Shown here piece by piece: positions 9,465-18,588 of a stretch of 64,000 nt of DNA. A model generated the notes under the pieces. That model was not told where the DNA came from. It made no database searches and worked only from the letters and a program-made list of their open reading frames with translations. Location of the stretch: contig JAERTH010000058.1 in assembly GCA_016844955.1 (NCBI GenBank), positions 279 through 64,278 of the forward strand, written 5' to 3'. The DNA comes from Fidelibacterota bacterium. GTDB taxonomy: Bacteria; Fidelibacterota; UBA8477; JABMPR01. The translations under genes and the position numbers were made by a program. The stretch's first letter is position 1; each line of letters begins with the position of its first letter.

Positions 9465-10903
9465 TGAAAACGACAAAAGTCCTGTCGCTCGCAATATTAT
9501 CACTACTGTTATGTGCAGTGGGCTTTTCACAGGACCGTGAAGCAGGGATGACCGGCGAAAAACTGATTACCATCCACGCCGAAGATGCGCATTTACCAAC
9601 TGTACTCTCAATCTTAGCAGAGGAGAGTGGCTATAACATCGTTACCAGTCCTGAGGTGAATTCTAAGGATCGCATTTCAGTCCATCTTGATGAAGTTCCA
9701 ATCGAACAAGCGGTCAATCTGGTTGTACGCGCTGCCGGACTCAGCTATGAGCTGGTAGGGAAGTCATTCCTGGTTGCCACCAGTAAACGACTATCTGAAG
9801 AAATCGGGAGTAAGTCTTATGTGATTAGCCTGCAATATGCAGCTGCTGAGGATGTAAAATCACTCCTGGAACATATCAGTGAAAAAATTCAGATCGATAA
9901 AGGTGGCAATAAACTGGTGGTAAACACAAGCCCCAAAAATATTGTTGAGATCATGAGCATCGTGGAAGAAATCGATGTCCCCGTGCTACAGATTATGTTG
10001 GAAGCCCGACTCATCGAAGTTGCACTTTCAGGGGCTGATCAGGTTGGAATCGATTGGGCCAGACTGGCTTCGATTACTTCAATCATTGCCGAGAATGCTA
10101 TTCCTAATATTCCTGGCATTGGCGGTAGCCTGGTACCTGGTATGAGTCAACAGCAAATGCCAGATGGAAGCTATTTGGAGACCTTTGAACCTCTTGAACG
10201 CGCTCAATTGCCCACCAATATGTATTTTCAGAGAATTGATCCTGATAACAATATTGGTTTTAGCCGTCAGCTTAGTGCTTTTGATGTCACCATGGATTTT
10301 TTACTAAAGAATAATGATGCTGAGTTACTGGCTAACTCCAAGGTTGTGACCATTAATGGAAAGCAAGCCTTTATTGAAATGGTTGATGTGGTACCCTACA
10401 TCCTTTCAAGTGGCGGTGTAGGTGGTCAGGTACAAGTTCAGCGCGAGGTCGTTGGTATCAAACTACGTGTCAAACCAAATGTGAACACAGATGGCTATAT
10501 AACCACCGAGGTCACTCCAGAAGTCTCAACATTTTATGATTTTGTTGGTCCAGATAGAAACATCCCCTGGGTGAAACGTAGAGTATCCACTACTACCGTT
10601 CGTGTCAAGGATGGTGAGTCTATTATTATCGCTGGCTTGCTGGGTGTTGACCGTAAGCAGATTATTAACACCATTCCATTTTTTGGTGCGCTCCCCTTTG
10701 TCGGGCGGTTTTTCCAGCATAAGGTCACACAGGAAAATAAAACAGATCTCATTATCGAGATTACACCTCATATCATCGTTGATAATTACACCCATATTGA
10801 GAAATCTGAAATGATGCTGGATCTTGAAGACCATTATATAAATCTGGATGATGAAGAAGATACTGAAGGGGATGAAGAACCCTCTGACGAATCCGGATCA
10901 TGA
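9464..10903 (+). CDS. pilQ: Secretin PilQ (short form, no obvious AMIN domains)
   Basis: 479 aa. Signal peptide, and a secretin C-domain pattern (LANSKVVTINGKQAFIE ... TDLIIEITPHII). Ends in an acidic tail DDEEDTEGDEEPSDESGS. Confidence 0.85.
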   Translation: MKTTKVLSLAILSLLLCAVGFSQDREAGMTGEKLITIHAEDAHLPTVLSILAEESGYNIVTSPEVNSKDRISVHLDEVPIEQAVNLVVRAAGLSYELVGKSFLVATSKRLSEEIGSKSYVISLQYAAAEDVKSLLEHISEKIQIDKGGNKLVVNTSPKNIVEIMSIVEEIDVPVLQIMLEARLIEVALSGADQVGIDWARLASITSIIAENAIPNIPGIGGSLVPGMSQQQMPDGSYLETFEPLERAQLPTNMYFQRIDPDNNIGFSRQLSAFDVTMDFLLKNNDAELLANSKVVTINGKQAFIEMVDVVPYILSSGGVGGQVQVQREVVGIKLRVKPNVNTDGYITTEVTPEVSTFYDFVGPDRNIPWVKRRVSTTTVRVKDGESIIIAGLLGVDRKQIINTIPFFGALPFVGRFFQHKVTQENKTDLIIEITPHIIVDNYTHIEKSEMMLDLEDHYINLDDEEDTEGDEEPSDESGS

Positions 10904-10937
10904 TTCTTTGCACGCAAGAATTATAAGGAGTAAACTC

Positions 10938-13900
10938 ATGAAATTCAGAATTATAACAAGCATTGCACTGGCCTTTCTGGTCTTGATGGGTTGTGATAAT
11001 CGGACCCCTACGGTTTCGGATAAAGATGCTGTAAAATATCAACTGCATGTATCCACTGATCGCGATGTCATCTATGCAGATAATGGCAAGACCCTGGCGA
11101 AAATTACGGCCTGGCTGGCTGACGAGGATGGCATTGCCCAATCGGGGTCACAAATCGTCTTTTTTCCTTCTCAGGGTAAAATGGCCGCATCTGGCACCAC
11201 AGATCAAACCGGTCGCGCCAATTCATATTTTGATGATAGTGGACAATCTACAACTGCAGATTCGCCAGTCCGAATTATAGCTCAATTTACGGATAGTGGC
11301 TCCAATATTGTCCGAGATACAGTGTATGTGGAAGTCCTTCCCATGGAAGCGCTTGTGGATACATTTTTTGTCGATACCAAACCCATTGACGGAATTATTG
11401 TGATCGAGTCGATTGATGAATCTGCCAGTGTCACCGTATCTTCACATGTGTTTGATGCCAATGGTGTGCCCGTTGAAAATGTTGAAGTCAATTATCGTGT
11501 CATCTCCGATGAGAGTGGTTTAGGATACATCACTTCACCCAGTGATTCGACCAACGGAGCTGGTGTTAGTTCTACAGAGTTTTTTACCAATGCAGGTCGT
11601 TTGGGTGTTGCCGAGGTTGAGGCATATATCACCACTGAAGATATGTCAACCCTCATGCGCAATAATCCAGGGCTGTATACATTCAATAACTTGGGTAAGG
11701 GCGCTGCAAACTCTGCGGCTCTGACTGCCACAGCCACCATCGAGGCGGTTGCTTCCAATCCATTCATCGTGGATATTCAAACCCAGGATGTAGTCATTTA
11801 TGCGGATCAGGGAACTACTACTGCCCGTATCAACGCCTTTCTCCGCGATTCTCAGGGGAATGCTCTACCGGAGATGACCATTAATTTTCTGTCTGATCTG
11901 GGGACAGTAACCAGCACAGCAACAACCAATGAATCAGGTTTGGCTGAGGCAGTTTATTCTGATCTTGGAACCGTATTTACTCAGGATTCCATAGCGACTA
12001 TCTTTGCCAGAATTGAACATCCCTTTCATGGATTAATCACAGACTCTGTCTCTGTTTCAATCCTGACTCTGGATCCAAGTAATACCGTGAGATTCCACGT
12101 CATAACGAATCCCGTCAACGGTGAAACAACGGTTTCAAATGTTGACTCATCCTATGCGTCACAGATTATCGCTTATGTAAGAAATGACAACGGCGTCGCG
12201 CTTCCAGGTGTGGATGTGACGTTTCGTATTGTCACCGGACTGGAACTTGGCTATCTGAACGAATCTGTTGTTGTCAGTGATTCAACTGGATTAAGCAAGG
12301 CATCCTTTATTTTGAATCCTGGTGTGACAGGTGCAGTAAGTGTTGAAGCTTCAGTTCGTGAATCTGATACGCTGAGCATGGCAGAAACTGTTGATCTGAA
12401 CTTCTTACCCATGTCGAACTATAGCCTGGATGTGTATAGTGTAGAATCTTCCATTTATGCTGACAATGGCGAAACCGTAGCCCAGATTGTAAGCACAGTC
12501 CGTGATCTGAATGGTAATCCTATTGAGGGAGCTTCCGTATATTTCTCAGCTAATGAAGGATCTGTAAATTCACCGCAAATCACAAATGATGCCGGTGTTG
12601 CCATTACCACCTTCTCTGATGTGGGTACAGTCTTTACCGCAGATAAACAGGTCGAGATCGAGGCCAGAGTTAACCACCCCTATCACTCCACGCCTATAAC
12701 CGACGAGGTAGAGATTGAGGTACGTTTACTTGAAGATCAGTCCACACGTAATTTTTATATGATCACCTCTCCACCCGGTGGAAACATCCTGCTGGAAGAT
12801 CTTGATTCGGCTTATGTAGCTGTTTTCAATGCACAGTTGCGGGATAACAGGGGTGTTGCATTACCCAACGTTACCGTTGACTTTCGGGTAACTGCCGGCT
12901 CTGGTCTGGGTTACCTGTCAAATGCCAACAGTGTTACGGATAGTGCTGGTGCAGCTTATGTTACCTTCACTTCAAATCCAGGTATGGATGGGACGGTTAC
13001 TGTAGAAGCATTCATCAATGGTGATGATTCGATTGATCCTATTTCTAAAGATGTGGCCTTTGTTCCGCTGACAAATTATGAGATCAATGCCTTCACCTAT
13101 CAAGATGTGATATACTATGATAATGGACTTACCACAGCCCGCGTCTATGCCGTTGTAAGAGACATGGATGGCAATGCTCTTGATAGTGTTGCTGTAAGGT
13201 TCTCCAGTGATATCGGGACTGTTCCATCACTGGTGTGGACCAATAATGCGGGTATTGCTGAAACAGAGTTCTCCGATCTGGGAGCTGCTGGTCCCGAGGA
13301 TGCTACAGCTACTATCACAGCTAGGGTATTTCACCCCTTTCATGGTTTAACATCAAGTACTGTTCAAGTTCAAATTGAAGAGAATGATGTCACGCCGGAT
13401 AAGATTCCAGCATTCATCGATATGATTGCCAGCTACACGGCTTTGCCTGACTATGATGATCCAGATTCCACAGTTTCACGCTTACATCTCACGGTTACTG
13501 ATACCCTGGGATTTCCAGTGGACGAGGGGACCGAGGTCATCTTTTCCACGGATATTGGGAATATCACCCCTTTTGCTCTCACCAATGGCGATGGAATCGC
13601 CAAAGCCAATTTCACCATGGGTGATTCATCCGGTCTGGCAAAAATTTATGCTCGTTCGGGAATGGCAATTGACTCCGTGCTGATTCTGGTTCGACCCTCT
13701 TCGGCGGCTTACCTCATCATTCCACCAGTAAACCCCAACTATATAGTTGTGCAAGGCGGGTGGGGTGCTGAATCTACAACCCTGAGTGCTGAAATCAGAG
13801 ATTCCAGAGGAGAACTGGTTGACAGTTCATATGCTGTAACTTTCCGCATCGAACCGGCTCCATCGGGTGCAAATCTTGATGGTGTTGGACCTGAAGTAAC

Positions 13901-14807
13901 TGTGGAATCGAATTTTGGAATTGCCAGTGTAACTCTGAATGCAGGTATTGAACCTGGTCCGGTTCAACTAACTGTCAGTACACAAGCAAATGGTGGATCT
14001 ACCATATACTCCACTGGAACCCCTGTCATTATTAGAGCAGGCCTGCCAGCACATATTAATGCAGATATTGATATCAATGCCATCACTCCAGTGGGTGGTG
14101 GATTCTATGAGCTGGAGGCTGCGGCACTGGTCTGGGATCAACATACCAATCCAGTTGAAGACAGTACGATGGTTTACTGGTCAGTTATACCAGACACCAT
14201 TTGTAACATTATTGGTGAATCCTACACCAACAATGAAAACCTCTCAGGTGATTCCTACCACGGCATGGCCTGGACCAAACTATACTTCAACTCCGGTGTG
14301 ATTTTTGACACTTTGCAGATTGTCGCAAAAACCTGGGGTGCCCCAGGAGATACAGTTCTGGCATATGTAAATGCTGATGCTGATAGTACCCAGATACTGC
14401 CATTCTTCCCCGGTACCTTGACAGTTTCTCCTTCAATTGCATTCTATGACTTTCAGTTAGGTGCTAGCCCTGTAAGGGTGGTCTTAACTGCCTATCTGGC
14501 TGATCATTATGCAAACCCCATTTTTGGGGGTAGAATTCAATTCGCTGCAATTGGTGGTGCAGGTTGGGAGGATCTTGAAGGCAATGCCATGGATGTGCCT
14601 GTTGTGCGAACCAATGAGCAGGGAATTGCCCAGATTGTTGTACTTTTCGATGAAGGTCTGTGTATACCAAACTACGATACAGGTGGTGAACCGACAGGTA
14701 CCTACGATCCATTTACTGCAACTGTCTGGGGGTCGTTGATTGATCCACAGCCGACCACCAGTGAACAGATGACCATTGAACTCATTAAATCTCCAGATCC
14801 AGACTAG
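10938..14807 (+). CDS. Large lipoprotein composed of bacterial Ig-like (invasin/Big_1-type) repeats
   Basis: The start is moved to ATG 10938, which has AAGGAG 7 nt upstream; the ORF-track start at 10848 would overlap pilQ. Signal plus lipobox MKFRIITSIALAFLVLMGC. Recurrent V/IYADNG-T-A-I-A-V-D-GN blocks, with tandem ~218-aa modules beginning near 11772, 12427 and 13081. Each module contains an H-P-[FY]-H motif. Confidence 0.7.
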   Translation: MKFRIITSIALAFLVLMGCDNRTPTVSDKDAVKYQLHVSTDRDVIYADNGKTLAKITAWLADEDGIAQSGSQIVFFPSQGKMAASGTTDQTGRANSYFDDSGQSTTADSPVRIIAQFTDSGSNIVRDTVYVEVLPMEALVDTFFVDTKPIDGIIVIESIDESASVTVSSHVFDANGVPVENVEVNYRVISDESGLGYITSPSDSTNGAGVSSTEFFTNAGRLGVAEVEAYITTEDMSTLMRNNPGLYTFNNLGKGAANSAALTATATIEAVASNPFIVDIQTQDVVIYADQGTTTARINAFLRDSQGNALPEMTINFLSDLGTVTSTATTNESGLAEAVYSDLGTVFTQDSIATIFARIEHPFHGLITDSVSVSILTLDPSNTVRFHVITNPVNGETTVSNVDSSYASQIIAYVRNDNGVALPGVDVTFRIVTGLELGYLNESVVVSDSTGLSKASFILNPGVTGAVSVEASVRESDTLSMAETVDLNFLPMSNYSLDVYSVESSIYADNGETVAQIVSTVRDLNGNPIEGASVYFSANEGSVNSPQITNDAGVAITTFSDVGTVFTADKQVEIEARVNHPYHSTPITDEVEIEVRLLEDQSTRNFYMITSPPGGNILLEDLDSAYVAVFNAQLRDNRGVALPNVTVDFRVTAGSGLGYLSNANSVTDSAGAAYVTFTSNPGMDGTVTVEAFINGDDSIDPISKDVAFVPLTNYEINAFTYQDVIYYDNGLTTARVYAVVRDMDGNALDSVAVRFSSDIGTVPSLVWTNNAGIAETEFSDLGAAGPEDATATITARVFHPFHGLTSSTVQVQIEENDVTPDKIPAFIDMIASYTALPDYDDPDSTVSRLHLTVTDTLGFPVDEGTEVIFSTDIGNITPFALTNGDGIAKANFTMGDSSGLAKIYARSGMAIDSVLILVRPSSAAYLIIPPVNPNYIVVQGGWGAESTTLSAEIRDSRGELVDSSYAVTFRIEPAPSGANLDGVGPEVTVESNFGIASVTLNAGIEPGPVQLTVSTQANGGSTIYSTGTPVIIRAGLPAHINADIDINAITPVGGGFYELEAAALVWDQHTNPVEDSTMVYWSVIPDTICNIIGESYTNNENLSGDSYHGMAWTKLYFNSGVIFDTLQIVAKTWGAPGDTVLAYVNADADSTQILPFFPGTLTVSPSIAFYDFQLGASPVRVVLTAYLADHYANPIFGGRIQFAAIGGAGWEDLEGNAMDVPVVRTNEQGIAQIVVLFDEGLCIPNYDTGGEPTGTYDPFTATVWGSLIDPQPTTSEQMTIELIKSPDPD

Positions 14808-14827
14808 ACAAAGGAAGACCAATAGAT

Positions 14828-16534
14828 ATGTTCAATCCTCAATTTCAGAAGCTTGGTGATATTCTCATCCATGAAGGTATTCTTGATGAAACCAAGCTAG
14901 GTCAGGCCCTGGAAAGGCAGAAAACTACCAAGGAAAAACTGGGTAAGCTGCTTATCCGAATGGGAATGATCACCGAAGCAGATCTGGTGAAGGTCTACGC
15001 TTTGCAGTTGGGTCATCCTGCAGTATTTGAAGAAGATTTGATGAAGGTCGACAGTGAGTTGATCAACATCATCCCTGAAGACTTCGCCTACGAAAATATG
15101 TCCCTTATTCTGGGGAAATCCGAAACGACCATCGTGGTTGCCATGGAAGATCCAGAAGATCTGGGTACGGTGGATGCCATTGAAAAGCTCACCAGTCTCA
15201 AGGTTGAAGTGTATGTTGCCGGTGAATCCTCCCTTCATACAGCCATTGAATATCACTATGGGAAAATCAAGCAAACCGATGAGGTTGATGCCGCGCTTTC
15301 CAATATTCAGGTATTCTCTGGTGATGAAGAGGATAGTTCTCTGGTTGATCTCACCTCACAGGGTGTGAGTGATGAAGATGCACCCTTTGTAAAACTGGTT
15401 AACCTGATTCTGGCTGAGGCCGTCAAAGAACGCTCCACTGATGTTCACATTGAACCCCAGTCACATGAGGTCAGTGTGCGCATCCGTATCGATGGTGTGC
15501 TCCAGAAAATTATGACCCCACCAGTTTCTTCATTGAGTGGTATCACGACCCGTTTGAAGATTCTGTCTAATCTGGATATTGCTGAACGTCGTCTACCTCA
15601 GGACGGACGCATGAGTCTCAAGATGGGTGACCGCGAAATTGATGTTCGTGTCTCGGTTTTACCCACAGTCCATGGTGAGAAGATTGTTATGCGACTCCTG
15701 GATAAGGGTAGCTTCAATCTTGATCTGACCACACTTGGATTCAGGCCTGAAAACCTGGCCACATTTGGTCGCTGGATTCGTCAGCCCTATGGAATGGTTG
15801 TGATTTCGGGTCCTACCGGTTCTGGAAAATCAACCACACTATATGCTTCTCTGAAAGAAATCAAAAGTGAAGGCACCAATATTACTACGGTTGAAGATCC
15901 TGTGGAGTACCAGATGGATGGTATCAACCAGGTTGCCGTTAAGGAAAAAATTGGACTGACTTTTGGATCAACGCTGCGCTCTATTCTGAGGCAGGATCCT
16001 GATACCTTGCTCATTGGTGAAATTCGTGATGAGGAAACGGCTGATATCGCCATCAAGTTTGCTTTGACAGGTCACCTGGTGTTCTCAACGGTTCACGCCA
16101 ATGATGCACCTTCAACCATCACACGTCTCATTGATATCGGGGTGCCCCCATTCCTGGTTGGATCTAGTTTGAACCTGGTTGTTGCTCAGCGTCTGGTAAG
16201 GACAATTTGTCCGAACTGTAAGGAGGAATACACTCCGGATGAGAAGGAGCTGGAGCGCTTAGGTTTAAAGCCGGGAGAAAGTAAATATTACCATGGTCGT
16301 GGTTGTGTGCAATGTCGTCAGACTGGATATCGTGGACGATCGGGAATTTTTGAAATCCTGGAAATGAGACAACCTATCCGTAAACTAGTATTTGAAAATG
16401 CTAACCAGGAAATCATTCGCGAGAAAGCTCAGGAGATGGGTATGGTCTCGCTTCGTGAAGCTGGTATTAAGAAACTTCTGGATGGTGTTACCACCTTTGA
16501 AGAAGTAACCCGTTCCACCGTAGAGGATTTTTAA
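14828..16534 (+). CDS. pilB: Type IV pilus extension ATPase PilB (GspE family) with N-terminal MshEN-type domain
   Basis: 568 aa. Walker A GPTGSGKST and the tetra-Cys motif CPNC...CVQC. The N-terminus carries two 24-aa (K)LGxxLIxxGxIxxxxLxxxLxxQ motifs. Confidence 0.92.
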   Translation: MFNPQFQKLGDILIHEGILDETKLGQALERQKTTKEKLGKLLIRMGMITEADLVKVYALQLGHPAVFEEDLMKVDSELINIIPEDFAYENMSLILGKSETTIVVAMEDPEDLGTVDAIEKLTSLKVEVYVAGESSLHTAIEYHYGKIKQTDEVDAALSNIQVFSGDEEDSSLVDLTSQGVSDEDAPFVKLVNLILAEAVKERSTDVHIEPQSHEVSVRIRIDGVLQKIMTPPVSSLSGITTRLKILSNLDIAERRLPQDGRMSLKMGDREIDVRVSVLPTVHGEKIVMRLLDKGSFNLDLTTLGFRPENLATFGRWIRQPYGMVVISGPTGSGKSTTLYASLKEIKSEGTNITTVEDPVEYQMDGINQVAVKEKIGLTFGSTLRSILRQDPDTLLIGEIRDEETADIAIKFALTGHLVFSTVHANDAPSTITRLIDIGVPPFLVGSSLNLVVAQRLVRTICPNCKEEYTPDEKELERLGLKPGESKYYHGRGCVQCRQTGYRGRSGIFEILEMRQPIRKLVFENANQEIIREKAQEMGMVSLREAGIKKLLDGVTTFEEVTRSTVEDF

Positions 16535-17749
16535 GTGTCAGAATTAATGTCCAATCCTAATGCTCTAAAGCAAAAGGAAGCTGATGAAAGAGAAGCGGCA
16601 TTTGCGAAAATTGCTGAAGGTAACAGCAAAAAGAAGCCCAAGGAAAAACAGTGGGGAGATGATTTCATTGAAGAATTCAATCTCGCCGTTGCTAAAATCA
16701 AATCTCGGGTTCCGCTCAAAAACCTGGTGTTTTTTGCACGACAACTGGCAACCATGTTTGCAGCGGGTTTAACACTTGAAAAATCACTCACCAATTTAGC
16801 CCAGGAAGAAAAACACGCGGGATTCAAGAAAACACTGAATGCAGTGGCTGAGGATATCCGTAGAGGCTTGAGTCTGTCAGATGCCATGGAGAAACATCCT
16901 GGTACCTTTGACAATCTCTTTATCGCGCTTGTGAAAGCTGGAGAGGTGAGTGGTAGCCTACAAACCATTCTGGATCAATTGGCTACTTATATTGAGAATG
17001 TGCATGATACCAATCAGAAGGTTAAATCAGCCCTGTACTACCCTTTTATGGTGCTTGGATTTCTAACTGTTGTCATGGCTGTTATGCTAATTTTTATCGT
17101 ACCACGTTTTAACGAGGTTTACAAAACCCTGGGCGCTGATCTTCCTGCTGCAACACAGTCTCTGGTGCGTATTTCAAATGCGGTGACTGCTCACTATGGT
17201 CAAGTATTATTCTTTCTGGTGGTTGGTTACATAGCATTCTGGCTATTGACTCTGACCAGAAGAGGCGGCTATGCAATTGATACCATGCTCCTTAAATTTC
17301 CAGTGTTTGGGACACTTATTAATTACAATATCTACAATAAAATGGCTAAAACTTTGGGAATCCTGCTAGGTGCTGGAGTCCCTGTGTTACCCTCTATGAA
17401 ACTCATTGAGCGTGTGGTGAACAATCGAGTCTATGCCAAAGCCATCAAAGGAAGTGCGGACTATATCAAGGATGGCTACAATATTTCGGCTGCCTTCCGC
17501 ATCAGTGAAAAATTTCCACCCATCATGCTCCAGCTGATCTCAACCGGAGAAGAAACTGGAGAACTGGATAACCTGCTGGACAAGGCTTCTGAGTTTTATT
17601 CCAAACAGGTAGATTCAATGGTTAGCCGTATGACTTCACTGATTGAACCACTTATGATTATGTTTGTGGGCGGCTTAATTATGCTGGTATTATTGGTGAC
17701 TTACCTGCCTGTATTCTATATCGGCCAGGCCATGAAACAGGGAATGTAA
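16535..17749 (+). CDS. pilC: Type IV pilus platform protein PilC (GspF family)
   Basis: 404 aa. Two GspF repeats and three TM segments. GTG at 16535 abuts the pilB stop; ATG 16547 is an alternative start. Confidence 0.9.
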   Translation: MSELMSNPNALKQKEADEREAAFAKIAEGNSKKKPKEKQWGDDFIEEFNLAVAKIKSRVPLKNLVFFARQLATMFAAGLTLEKSLTNLAQEEKHAGFKKTLNAVAEDIRRGLSLSDAMEKHPGTFDNLFIALVKAGEVSGSLQTILDQLATYIENVHDTNQKVKSALYYPFMVLGFLTVVMAVMLIFIVPRFNEVYKTLGADLPAATQSLVRISNAVTAHYGQVLFFLVVGYIAFWLLTLTRRGGYAIDTMLLKFPVFGTLINYNIYNKMAKTLGILLGAGVPVLPSMKLIERVVNNRVYAKAIKGSADYIKDGYNISAAFRISEKFPPIMLQLISTGEETGELDNLLDKASEFYSKQVDSMVSRMTSLIEPLMIMFVGGLIMLVLLVTYLPVFYIGQAMKQGM

Positions 17750-17780
17750 ATTATAGCAGTTAATCATTTCAGGTGACCCC

Positions 17781-18551
17781 ATGATATTGAGGCTGACAAT
17801 TGGTGTTTTAACGGGTCTCATTATCACGAGGGTGATGCACAGGTTTGTGTCGGCATACCCCGCTAAGCAATCTTTCCTCAAATCTGCACCCCAGTGCTCT
17901 TCCTGCCATGCGCCGCATCATTGGCTCCAACGCATACCACTGATCGGATTGATTTTGACACTGGGCAATTGCCAAAAGTGTCACCAACGCTTTCCCATGT
18001 CCTATATAGTTCTAGACTTTCTAAGCCCCCTGTTTATCACATGGGTCGTTGTCAATCTGGAACCTCTGCGCGCTTTCGAATTAATTCTGGTCTTTATGGC
18101 ATTCTTCTCAATCGCCTTGATTGACCTTAAATATTGGCTGATTCCTAATCGTCTGCTATTACTTATTGTGGCCGCCGCACTGCTGGATGCGTCAGGACAC
18201 TGGCATTCTTCCTGGCAACAGCTTGGAACTGCTGTTGGAATATTTATCTATTTCGGACTGATTATGCTCATTCAAAAATTTTATCTGAAAAGCAAGGGCC
18301 TGGGCATGGGTGATTTAAAATTTGCCATGGTCGTCGGGCTGTGGTTAGGACCTGTACTTAGTGTCTATTCGCTGTTCGCAGCAACGGTACTGGCGCTGCT
18401 CTACTGGCTTGTTTATGGATTACACAGTGGAATAAAAATGGATCGTCGCATACAATTCGGCCCATTTATTGCATTGTCCGGTCTGATAATGGGCATTGGA
18501 CGGGCACTAGACCCACACTTTGTTACCACAATATTGACCTGGAAATTCTGA
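17781..18551 (+). CDS. pilD: Prepilin peptidase / N-methyltransferase PilD (A24 family)
   Basis: 256 aa. CSSC...CQKC zinc motif. Catalytic Asp contexts ALIDLKYWLIP and GMGDLKF. Confidence 0.85.
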   Translation: MILRLTIGVLTGLIITRVMHRFVSAYPAKQSFLKSAPQCSSCHAPHHWLQRIPLIGLILTLGNCQKCHQRFPMSYIVLDFLSPLFITWVVVNLEPLRAFELILVFMAFFSIALIDLKYWLIPNRLLLLIVAAALLDASGHWHSSWQQLGTAVGIFIYFGLIMLIQKFYLKSKGLGMGDLKFAMVVGLWLGPVLSVYSLFAATVLALLYWLVYGLHSGIKMDRRIQFGPFIALSGLIMGIGRALDPHFVTTILTWKF

Positions 18552-18588
18552 TTAGATTCAGACCTACTAATAATTAAGGAGAGTTGGA

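Noticed and set aside
10848-10937. ORF-track N-terminal extension of the Ig-repeat protein (MMKKILKGMKNPL...)
   Set aside because: It overlaps the pilQ 3' end by 56 nt and lacks signal features. ATG 10938 has a strong AAGGAG RBS and starts a signal peptide with a lipobox.
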